Source: Macrostomum lignano
Taxonomy: Eukaryota
Length of the DNA: 64,000 nt
Direction of reading: 5' to 3'
Assembly: GCA_002269645.1 (NCBI GenBank)
Contig: NIVC01001367.1
Coordinates: forward strand, 124,001 to 188,000
The stretch's first letter is position 1. Every line of letters starts with the position of its first letter. Positions 55,646 through 64,000 of this stretch are shown piece by piece. Below the pieces are notes generated by a model, which was not told the DNA's origin, did no database searches, and saw nothing but the letters and a program-made list of their open reading frames with translations. The position numbers were made by a program, and so were the translations under genes.

Positions 55646-58600
55646 TCACTGCGGAGGAAAGACAGGACTTTCCGGCTCGGCCATGGGGTCCGGATGACCG
55701 TAAGCGGCGACCCGGGGAACAAAATCGAACTGCTCGTCATAGTCCATCTGGCCATGCAGCAGCAGATCGGGTTCAGCCTCTTGGGCTAACATATCCGGCC
55801 GGTCATTTCGCAAAGGCTGCAGCATCGAAGGCTGAAATTCGGCTTCATTCAGTTGTGGTCCCAACTCGGTCAGGTCAACTTCGGCAGCGAAGTCCGGGAC
55901 GTCTAGGCCGAATCGGCAGTAGAGTTCCATGAGAAACTCGTCACAGTCACCAGGAAAACTGCCCATGGCTTCTGCCTCGCTGCGAATTTCAGCAGCTCGA
56001 GCTAAAACCACTTCCTCAGTAACTCCACTGCCAAAGAGAGATACGTTATCGAATTCAGCATTGTGCAGTCCGGGAAGTTCCATGACAGCTTTCAAATAGT
56101 TGTATGCGTTGGAGAGTTGCGACTGATTGCGGGAAGCTAATCCACTTTTGATCATCCGTTTGGTCATCTTGGCACCAGGACAAAAGATTATAGCTTTAGT
56201 TTCATAGCCAGGACCGCAAAGTTCTACACGGTTTCTTCGGGTGCCGTAGGACAAGTTGCAAAAATCGATAATTATGTTGGATCTCATCTTAGTAGCGTGT
56301 GTTAGACACGTGTGAATGAGATCATTTCCGGCGATCTGTAAATAGTCGAATAATCGATTCAACGTCTCCTCGTTAGACAATGATTCGTCAAGTTCCGGGG
56401 CAATGAGCCTTTCGAAAAATAGGTCCAAACTCACAACCATGAGCTGCGAGTCTTTATGGACAGATTTCTGCGCTTCGGTAAAGCGAGTTTTGCCTGATAA
56501 TGGCAGTCCTACATTAAAAAGCACTTCTGGCTGCTCAGGAGGTTTGAATTGAGCAATTGGCACAGCTGTATTGAAAGCCAATGACAAGTTGTCTGACGGA
56601 CGAACTAACGTTGATGAAATTTTGTTGAAGCACAGTTGGAGCTTGGAGTTTACAACAGCAACATGCGGAACCCAGACCATATCTATGATGTTCGCTGGGA
56701 GCTGATATCGGATACTAAATGGACATGACTGTCGCGCTAAGTGCCGGCCAGAAGGAGAGGAGGCAACAGCGACATTAAAAATGGCAAGCGCTTCGTTGCA
56801 GTCAGTTTTTTTAATCTCAATAGTAATCGCAACTCGATCACCAACTGCGCATTCAAGACCAGGTAGTCGAGAAAGCGAACCAGCGAGAATAGCGTAGCCT
56901 TTGGAGGAATAAGCAAAGCTGAATTTACTTGATCCTGGAAGTCCGTGATTGGCCGCACAGAAATTAGATCTCGGTACTAGACTCCACCCAACACGAAAAG
57001 CACTTCTTTGAGAAGGTTGCTCTTTCGCGTGAAGCAGGACAGTCTCAAAATAAATTTTTCCTTCAGAGACGCCATGACTAGCAAATGATGTCCCCCAAAG
57101 CTCACAGACCGAGTTTCCGGGGGCAGGAAGTTCGTCTAGACTGTTAATGACACCACAGGGCACGTCTTCTGTTTGCAAAAAAGGATCATCTAAAATCAAG
57201 CTAACGGATAACCTTGATTCCGAAAAACTCTGGTCTTCAGACGAGTTGTTTAGTGCCTGATTTTCGAGGTCAGTTGACGCTGCTCTAACTGTAGTTTCAG
57301 ACGGCTCTGAGCTTGAATTCTTAGACATGGATCTGTCCATATAGTTTGCATACATTGGACGACTGCTAGAAGCGCTATCTGCAACAAGCTTGCTTTGGCG
57401 AAATCTAGAGGTCCTGGCGGCCTTCATAGAAGCGCAAGCAATGATTTCCTGAAGGTTAGAGATCGGCTGCATTTTCACTTCAACAATATCAGACACTTTG
57501 CTGCTTTTATTTAAAGCCACAAAGCGCGAGTATTGACGCAGTGCCAATTCTAAGTCAATGTTCGAATCCAACGATGCAACCAAAAATTCTGGCAGATCGG
57601 CTTTTATGGCTAACTTTCGAATGCATACAATCCGTTCTAATTCCGCAAATATCTCCGACGGAAATGCAGCACCAGCTTGCTGACACAAGAGCTTAAAACG
57701 CTGAGAAATAATAGAAAATGATTCGACTAGTTCTTTCTGCAATCGATGATGCTGAAGATGACCCATGTACTTCTTAGCACAGAGTTTAGCTACAATGGTT
57801 AACAACTTCTTGACTTCAGGCATTGAAATTTTGCTTTGTTGCACTGCGGAGTCAATGGCTAGCTTTAGCTCACTGTCCATTTTTGATTGGTCAATGCTGT
57901 TCTTTAAATGATTAAATTGTAATTGAGCACAAAAGGCGGAACAAATCGGGATAGTTGAGTCAGGAAAACCATTGACAGTTACATTAAATGGCTTGAAGCT
58001 TACTCGATCAGAGCGCAAGGCTAAAAGTTTAATAATATTACAAGCTTCACGAACTTCGATTAGCTTTTCTTTTGGAAAACCAAACTTCTGACCAATCAAA
58101 CGCAGCGCAATTCTATCGATCATTGGCGCAACAGAGCCATGCGGAAATTCAATCTGCAGCTCACAGCAGAAATTTCGCATTTTCTGCACAACTTGGAGTG
58201 GTTGGATTTGTAGCCTGCCGTCGTCATTAAAGTCAACTGATTTTTCTCGCAAAAACTCATTGAAATAAATATCTACAGCACCTGAGAGAACATGGCTCGG
58301 AAACTCAGTTAATGACCCAATGTCCTCAGCGCGAGGATTCTCAATGTTGACTTTATAAAGTCTTGATAAACAACTCTCCAGGTCACAGGCTTTAATGCCG
58401 CCATGCAATAACGTTTTAATTTTATTAATTGTCCATTGGCAGCTTATAAATGGTCGAAAGGCTGCAAAAATCGAGTGAGAATCAAGAACAAGCCTTTGAG
58501 CTTGGACAATAACCTCTAGGATTCTCATTTCAGTTCGAGGATATTCGACGCCAAAGGCGCTGCAAATGAATTTAATTCTTTGCACCAAATTATCAGTTGA

Positions 58601-61534
58601 ATTTAAACGTTTTAAACTTCGCATGGGATGAGTAATCCAACGAATATGCCTGCAAATGGCGACTGAAAGCGATCGAGTAAATACATCAGCTGGAACTGAC
58701 CTTTTAATCTCTAACAGAGAGCTGTTCAACCTGTCGCGCAAACTGCCGAGAAAGGAATCGTGCACATAGAGAAAAAAGTACTGCCGGTTTTCACGCAACA
58801 CACTAGCGATACTTGATATAAGAGATTCCGGTAACCGATGTTCAGAATAAATAGATGGCGGAATTCGTTCGATTTGGTTGAGGCAGGCAAGGAAGTCCAT
58901 TTTTTTACCAAGCAATGAGAATAGCTGCCACAAAGTTGTGGTAACTTGATCCAACTCTTCGGGAATAGAAAGCCTAAAGCACGCACGCTTAACAAATGCC
59001 AATTCAACAATTCGATCGACAAGATCACGCGGCATGTACTTTAAAGAGAAGCATCGGTCCTTTAAGCACTCGAGGTCCAATTTTTCGATCTCAATTAGAC
59101 TGCTCTCAATTTTACAAAACATTTCTGCTCCGAACTGACTAAAGGCTGTCTCTAAAATATCTGTCGAATCATTTGAACTCAATTCAACCTTATCGAGACA
59201 ACTGAGCTCTATGCGCTGCATTACCTTCTGCTTATCGAATGAACGATTTTTTTCGGTCAAGGCACCAGCGTTAAGAAGCTCATTTAAAATACAAAGGATT
59301 TCTTTAGTAGCTCGCTGCTTCACAGCATCATCCGGTTGTCTCATTGTCTTATGTGGTCTGGAAGGGCCTGCTTCAGACCCCGTTGGCCTGTTGATCGCCT
59401 CGGACTGTTGTTGATCTTTGGAGACACTCCTTTCTTCGCAAATTGGAGTGCTTTTGCCACTTGGCAGCGGAACACAATCGTTTTGGCAGTTAAAAGTTTT
59501 GTTAGATTGAATGTCGCGTTTCGATGTTGAATTTTCTCCTGACTTTTTTGGGATTTTCTTGCGAAACGGGTTCTCCCTAGGTTGGTAGTCACATTTTGAT
59601 TTCGTCAGCGTGTCAACAGGCTGAGGGCTGCCATCTCTGTTCGGAGCTTTGTTACATGGTGGTGCTGCGTCCTGGACAGGAAGATGTTGCGAATTGTCCT
59701 CTTCGGTGGGTTCTTCATCATTAGCAGGCTGGTGGTGAATAATAAGCTTGTCAGTTGGCTCACCAGTGTTTTCAGTGAGTTCAATAGCATCCGGCGCATT
59801 ATTCGAATCCTTAACAGAAATCAATGAAGATGAATTCCCAGCTGACTGGTGGCTGCCAGGTTTTGCTTTGGCTAACGAGTCAGTAGCCTGTGGACTTCTG
59901 TCGTTTCCCGGTTCCTCAAGCGACGCGATTTGGTTCTTTGAAGTTAGATCCTGCGAAGCTCGGTTGCTTGGCCTAATGTCAGTTGAATTTTCTGAAAGTA
60001 GATCATAGTCTATATCTTCTTGATCGGCATCATCGAGCGAGAAACAGAAAACGTTGTCTAATTCCGATTGTGCAGACTGCACATTCTCGTTGGGCAGTCG
60101 GCTATCAGATGGCTTGCTTCTCATATCGGAATCTTCTTCGAACGACTGATCTTCTGCGGGCAAATTGTCTTTCACAGACGTGCTTGGAGACTTAAAATTG
60201 CCCCGTTCATAATCTCGAATTTCATCCGACTTGCACTGATGGCTCTCTGTTGACTGATCGGTCATTCGCACGCCCTGCTTCATTGTCACATTGTTACTAG
60301 TTACCTTTCTGCTCTTGTCTGAGACGGCAGTCTGCTGTTCAACATAAAAATTCTCCGTGGAATTTTCACATTGCGGTTTGCTAGAAACAAATGGTTTTTC
60401 GGAGGTTTTGTCCTTCAGCAAATCAAGCGAGTCGTCTCTAGCCTGTTGATCCAGTTTAGGGTCTCGTAGCAAAACAATGATAGGACAACGGTTTGCCCCA
60501 AGTGCAGCGTTGGAATAATTGAGAGAAACCTTAGATGTTTCGTCACTTTCAGATTTTGATGCACCCGGCTTGTGTGTGTGACCGCTTTGAGTTTGCGTCA
60601 GGTAGTCGAGTCTCGGACTCTTACCAGGTTTCTTCGAAACACTTTTTGTATCAGTCGTAATCGAATGCATTTGACAATCCTTTCGCTTTGCTAGGGATCT
60701 CTCTGAACTGGATGAATGGGAAAGCTCAGATGGATTAGAAGAGTACTTCTTAATTATTTGAGATGTCCCAAGCTCAGAGAGAGGTACTTCTTTTCCAGGA
60801 GAGACGGCAGTCTCAGAAATAACACGTAAGTCTTCTGTCGTGCTCTGTTCTTCTGTTGCTGTTTCATTTGCGCTGACTGGGGAACGGGGATCGCAGATGC
60901 TCAAATCATCAGTTTTAGATGCTAAATTCGATGCAGTATTTGCAGAATCCCCTTCTGGGCGCGACGAGTTCTGTTTAGTATGCTTTTCTGAGCTTTTCTT
61001 CGGCACAGTATGCTTCTCGAATAGCACACTGCTGCTGCTGGAACTCACACAAGCTGAGGTTACAGGTTGATTTGACTCGGTGGTCTCCAAGCCGCAGTTT
61101 AGCTGCTTTCGCTGTTTCTGCTCTGCTTGTGCGTCTCCTTGCTCAGAATCAGTGAAGGCCGCGACCACAGTGCCCAAGCTGACATTGCGCTTCTTCCGTT
61201 TCCTCTTTGATTCAAATGCCTGCTCAGCGTCTGTGGAGACTCCAGAGACTCCAGGCGCTTCTGTGGTCTCTGAGTCGCCACCTTGCTGCATTCGTTTCTT
61301 CTTTGTTCTTGCAGCTGTCTGTTCAGCATCCGCATAGCTTGTGACCTCGAGTGATCCAGACGAGACTTGCGAGCCTCTGCGCTTTTTGGTCTTTCGCCGC
61401 ATTTTAGCTGAATTTCCTTTGCCAACTTCAGCTCCGGACTGCGCCGCCTGTGCTGAAAGCGAGAGAGCGAGCTGGTCAAGCTGGGGATTTCTCACTATCA
61501 CCACAACTGCAATGCGACCGCTGCCCTGCGACAT
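55646..61534 (-). CDS. 1962-aa uninterrupted ORF: disordered NLS-bearing N-terminus, unknown helical middle, C-terminal SPRY plus P-loop NTPase (AAA_33) of divergent hnRNP U/hnRNPUL type
   Basis: The ORF is stop-free for 5.9 kb. The SPRY-like region at about 57210-56620 reads LWGTSFASHGVSEGKIYFE...FRVGWS...FSFAYSSKG...WVPHVAVVN...LCF. The NTPase has Walker A GLPLSGKT (56509-56486), Walker B-like NIIIDFCN, KAIIFCP and MELPG...EFDNV, in the same order as hnRNP U. No SAP domain or RGG box was seen. Confidence 0.8.
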   Translation of the reverse strand: MSQGSGRIAVVVIVRNPQLDQLALSLSAQAAQSGAEVGKGNSAKMRRKTKKRRGSQVSSGSLEVTSYADAEQTAARTKKKRMQQGGDSETTEAPGVSGVSTDAEQAFESKRKRKKRNVSLGTVVAAFTDSEQGDAQAEQKQRKQLNCGLETTESNQPVTSACVSSSSSSVLFEKHTVPKKSSEKHTKQNSSRPEGDSANTASNLASKTDDLSICDPRSPVSANETATEEQSTTEDLRVISETAVSPGKEVPLSELGTSQIIKKYSSNPSELSHSSSSERSLAKRKDCQMHSITTDTKSVSKKPGKSPRLDYLTQTQSGHTHKPGASKSESDETSKVSLNYSNAALGANRCPIIVLLRDPKLDQQARDDSLDLLKDKTSEKPFVSSKPQCENSTENFYVEQQTAVSDKSRKVTSNNVTMKQGVRMTDQSTESHQCKSDEIRDYERGNFKSPSTSVKDNLPAEDQSFEEDSDMRSKPSDSRLPNENVQSAQSELDNVFCFSLDDADQEDIDYDLLSENSTDIRPSNRASQDLTSKNQIASLEEPGNDRSPQATDSLAKAKPGSHQSAGNSSSLISVKDSNNAPDAIELTENTGEPTDKLIIHHQPANDEEPTEEDNSQHLPVQDAAPPCNKAPNRDGSPQPVDTLTKSKCDYQPRENPFRKKIPKKSGENSTSKRDIQSNKTFNCQNDCVPLPSGKSTPICEERSVSKDQQQSEAINRPTGSEAGPSRPHKTMRQPDDAVKQRATKEILCILNELLNAGALTEKNRSFDKQKVMQRIELSCLDKVELSSNDSTDILETAFSQFGAEMFCKIESSLIEIEKLDLECLKDRCFSLKYMPRDLVDRIVELAFVKRACFRLSIPEELDQVTTTLWQLFSLLGKKMDFLACLNQIERIPPSIYSEHRLPESLISSIASVLRENRQYFFLYVHDSFLGSLRDRLNSSLLEIKRSVPADVFTRSLSVAICRHIRWITHPMRSLKRLNSTDNLVQRIKFICSAFGVEYPRTEMRILEVIVQAQRLVLDSHSIFAAFRPFISCQWTINKIKTLLHGGIKACDLESCLSRLYKVNIENPRAEDIGSLTEFPSHVLSGAVDIYFNEFLREKSVDFNDDGRLQIQPLQVVQKMRNFCCELQIEFPHGSVAPMIDRIALRLIGQKFGFPKEKLIEVREACNIIKLLALRSDRVSFKPFNVTVNGFPDSTIPICSAFCAQLQFNHLKNSIDQSKMDSELKLAIDSAVQQSKISMPEVKKLLTIVAKLCAKKYMGHLQHHRLQKELVESFSIISQRFKLLCQQAGAAFPSEIFAELERIVCIRKLAIKADLPEFLVASLDSNIDLELALRQYSRFVALNKSSKVSDIVEVKMQPISNLQEIIACASMKAARTSRFRQSKLVADSASSSRPMYANYMDRSMSKNSSSEPSETTVRAASTDLENQALNNSSEDQSFSESRLSVSLILDDPFLQTEDVPCGVINSLDELPAPGNSVCELWGTSFASHGVSEGKIYFETVLLHAKEQPSQRSAFRVGWSLVPRSNFCAANHGLPGSSKFSFAYSSKGYAILAGSLSRLPGLECAVGDRVAITIEIKKTDCNEALAIFNVAVASSPSGRHLARQSCPFSIRYQLPANIIDMVWVPHVAVVNSKLQLCFNKISSTLVRPSDNLSLAFNTAVPIAQFKPPEQPEVLFNVGLPLSGKTRFTEAQKSVHKDSQLMVVSLDLFFERLIAPELDESLSNEETLNRLFDYLQIAGNDLIHTCLTHATKMRSNIIIDFCNLSYGTRRNRVELCGPGYETKAIIFCPGAKMTKRMIKSGLASRNQSQLSNAYNYLKAVMELPGLHNAEFDNVSLFGSGVTEEVVLARAAEIRSEAEAMGSFPGDCDEFLMELYCRFGLDVPDFAAEVDLTELGPQLNEAEFQPSMLQPLRNDRPDMLAQEAEPDLLLHGQMDYDEQFDFVPRVAAYGHPDPMAEPESPVFPPQ

Positions 61535-62490
61535 TGGGTCGACACTGCGGACCTTGCCGGGAGCAATAGAATCTAGAGTTTGAGCTGCTCAGCATGAATG
61601 ATCAGGATGTAGGTAGAACCATGTTTAGAACTGGCTCGCCAAAAAACTGCTATCGATTTTAGGTAGTTCATGTTGAATTTATAGCTTCAATGGAATGCCA
61701 TACCATGATTCTAAGTCAAGGCTTAAGTATCATAATGCTAAATTATAAATAAGCTTTAACTATGCGATTGTCAGACTTGACGAGACATACTAACAAAAAT
61801 TGTTAAACGAAACAATTCGTCTTTATTAACTAATACCGTATCTTAATACAGTGCATAATGCATCAATGTGGGTTGCATTAATCAAGTATTCTATATTAGT
61901 ATATTTACATCCTCGTATGTTTGTATCGATTTTTGAGAAGTATAAAATTGGACAGGCGAATCCAATTTTTCTGCACTTCCGCAAAAGTCATACTATTTTC
62001 TTACAAGGCTGAGATGCAACAAAAAGCGCTTATGCTTTTTCAAAGCTCTAAATGTTCCAGAAAACTTAATTAGAACGTGTATATTTTTTGTTCTCTTAGA
62101 CTTTTTAAACTAACTGTAACTTTCCCTTGTAGAAAAATAGAAAAGTAAAGCTTTTTTGTTCGCTAAACAGGTGTGGCACCTTTAGCAGCTAATCACAGCA
62201 AGCGATAAAAACGAGAAAACAGCATTGAACAGAGGGCGCCACACTGTACTAAGGTGGTGATTTATAAAAGTTGTTATAAATCGAACAGCTCACAATGAGT
62301 GATTACTTGATATTTCTGACCCTAGCGCTTTGTAATTTTGGCACACAAATCGGCTGCTGAGTTTTCAGTTGCAAGCAAACTTTGAGTAAGAAGCAAAGGC
62401 AACAAAGCACCAATGGGGCAGTCACGATTTGCACAGAAAGCAGAGTAACGCATAGCAGTGCATTTCTCTGAGATTTGCACTCCCGACACT

Positions 62491-63972
62491 TCAGTCTGCA
62501 TCCTTGTCTTCGAGCTGCACCAGGAACAACTTCTGCACCAAGCGGGTGAAGCTGGAGCTGGCCTTCAACAGCGAGGTTGGTTTCCTTTGCCAAGCAACGC
62601 CGACCAGGTAGACCGGGATGCCGGTCAGGATAATAAGGATGCCCATGACGCTCTCCTGGAAGGCGCCAATGAAGGTGTTGGTGCACAGCAGCACGGTGAG
62701 CAGGGTGTACACCACTGGGAACACGATGGGCACCCGAATCGGCCGGGGCGCGAGCGGTCGCGTGATGCGGAAGTACAGCACGATGAAGACAGACAGGCCG
62801 ATGGCCAGCCAGTTGACGAAGCCCATGTAGTTCATCAGCATGTAGATGTCATCGGCCACCAAGTAGACGAGCGACAGCAGGCCAACAAGCAGCACAGCTG
62901 GCAGCGGTGTCAGCAGCTTGCGCTGGATCATGCAGAGCACGGCTGGCATGTGGCCCTCTTCAGCGGCGGTGTAGAACAGCCTGGACGTGGTGAGCATGAT
63001 GCCGTTGACGCCACCGAAGGTGGACAAAGACACGAAGACGGGCATCACCATGGCCAGCGGGCCGAACAGCTTCTGTGCAAACAGAATGGCAACAGCTGGA
63101 GTGGAGACGAAGATGCTGACTGGCACGGTGGTGAAGTAGGCGGCGTTGGCCAGGACGTAGACCACGGTGACCAGCGCGCAGGAGATGAAGATGGCCAGAG
63201 GCAGGTCCCGCTGCGGATTCTTCATCTCGCCAGTGACGCAGTTCAAGTAGTTCCAGCCATTATAAGCGAACAGGCCGGAGTAGAAGGCCCGCACAAGATT
63301 GCCGATGCCGAGCGTGGTGTCAGCGAAGGCATCATTGAAGGCCTCAACGCGACCGCGGCAAACCTGGGCAACGCCGGCAGCGATGATACCCAGCAGGGCG
63401 ATGGTCTTGCCCCAGGTGCAGACGTCCTGGATAATGGTGGACGCGCGGACGCTGCAGCAGTTGGCGAAGGTGATGATGGTGATGCAGAGGGCAGCCAGCA
63501 GCTTCTCAGTAATGATGGGCGCCTGGCAACCTGTGAAAATTGGCTCCAGGACGTACTTGGCGAATGTGAGTGCCACAATGGTCTGGCCGCAGGGCCGCAT
63601 GACGATGATCTCGCACCAGACGCGCAGGAAGCCGAGGAACGGGCCGAACGCGTCCAGAACATAGGCGTAGTCAGCGCCCGACCGCTGAATCATCGTGCCC
63701 AGCTCCGCGTAGCTGTACGCCCCAAAGAAGCTGAACACGCCGCAAGCGACCCACACTAGCAGGGAGGCGCCTACGCTGTTTACCTCCTTGAAAATGCCAG
63801 TCGGGCTAACAAAGATCCCGGACCCGATGATGGAGCCGACAATGATGCTGACCCCATTGATGAGGGTGATGCGCCGCTTCAGCTGCACCGGGTCCTCTGA
63901 AGAGGCGAGCTCCTCTCCCGAAGCCGCCGCCTTTTTACCAAGGCTCTCCGTTGACTCGCAGGCCTTCGGCAT
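62491..63972 (-). CDS. SLC7A5-like: L-type/y+L amino-acid transporter light chain (SLC7 LAT family)
   Basis: Single 493-aa ORF. Motifs: IIVGSIIGSGIFVSP, LSYAELG-like YSYAELGT, extracellular Cys in IFTGCQAP (the position of the heavy-chain disulfide), FAYNGWNYLN, STFGGVNG, SRLFYTAAEEGHMP. Acceptor ctctgtag lies immediately before the ATG. The exact orthologue cannot be assigned. Confidence 0.93.
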   Translation of the reverse strand: MPKACESTESLGKKAAASGEELASSEDPVQLKRRITLINGVSIIVGSIIGSGIFVSPTGIFKEVNSVGASLLVWVACGVFSFFGAYSYAELGTMIQRSGADYAYVLDAFGPFLGFLRVWCEIIVMRPCGQTIVALTFAKYVLEPIFTGCQAPIITEKLLAALCITIITFANCCSVRASTIIQDVCTWGKTIALLGIIAAGVAQVCRGRVEAFNDAFADTTLGIGNLVRAFYSGLFAYNGWNYLNCVTGEMKNPQRDLPLAIFISCALVTVVYVLANAAYFTTVPVSIFVSTPAVAILFAQKLFGPLAMVMPVFVSLSTFGGVNGIMLTTSRLFYTAAEEGHMPAVLCMIQRKLLTPLPAVLLVGLLSLVYLVADDIYMLMNYMGFVNWLAIGLSVFIVLYFRITRPLAPRPIRVPIVFPVVYTLLTVLLCTNTFIGAFQESVMGILIILTGIPVYLVGVAWQRKPTSLLKASSSFTRLVQKLFLVQLEDKDAD

Positions 63973-64000
63973 CTACAGAGAGCAGAGGCACAGACCGGGA

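Noticed and set aside
62458-63759. 433-aa plus-strand ORF opposite the SLC7 gene
   Set aside because: It is an antisense shadow of high-GC3 coding sequence; the same applies to similar ORFs over TALPID3, the CNG gene and MAN1B1.

Overview
This is eukaryotic (metazoan) genomic DNA. Exons are GC3-rich with GT-AG introns, and nearly every intron or intergenic gap carries its own minisatellite. The style suggests a free-living flatworm such as Macrostomum lignano, but the species is inferred, not shown. Supported genes are a RalGPS-like RasGEF+PH gene (+), FIGNL1 (+), an invertebrate-type cyclic-nucleotide-gated channel (+), two tandem paralogous microprotein genes of about 65 aa (-), TALPID3/KIAA0586 (-, with an apparent frame break), ER alpha-1,2-mannosidase MAN1B1 (-), a 1962-aa single-ORF divergent hnRNP U-like SPRY+NTPase protein (-) and an SLC7/LAT amino-acid transporter (-). 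The AT-rich first 6 kb holds a decayed Merlin/IS1595-like transposase fragment. The most interesting items are: (1) the duplicated GGYSGKGxKADLDNHxxQLNPNN microproteins, which share a (CGAAAAR)n ISRE-like array 11 nt from a TATA-like box; (2) the giant hnRNP U-like protein with an unexplained helical middle region; (3) a CNG channel with an SLMAE pore filter and an in-frame alternative acceptor; (4) a 45-bp array that looks like the amplified arm of an inverted-repeat element. All homology calls are by-eye motif recognition; no searches were run. Repeat boundaries and copy numbers are approximate.
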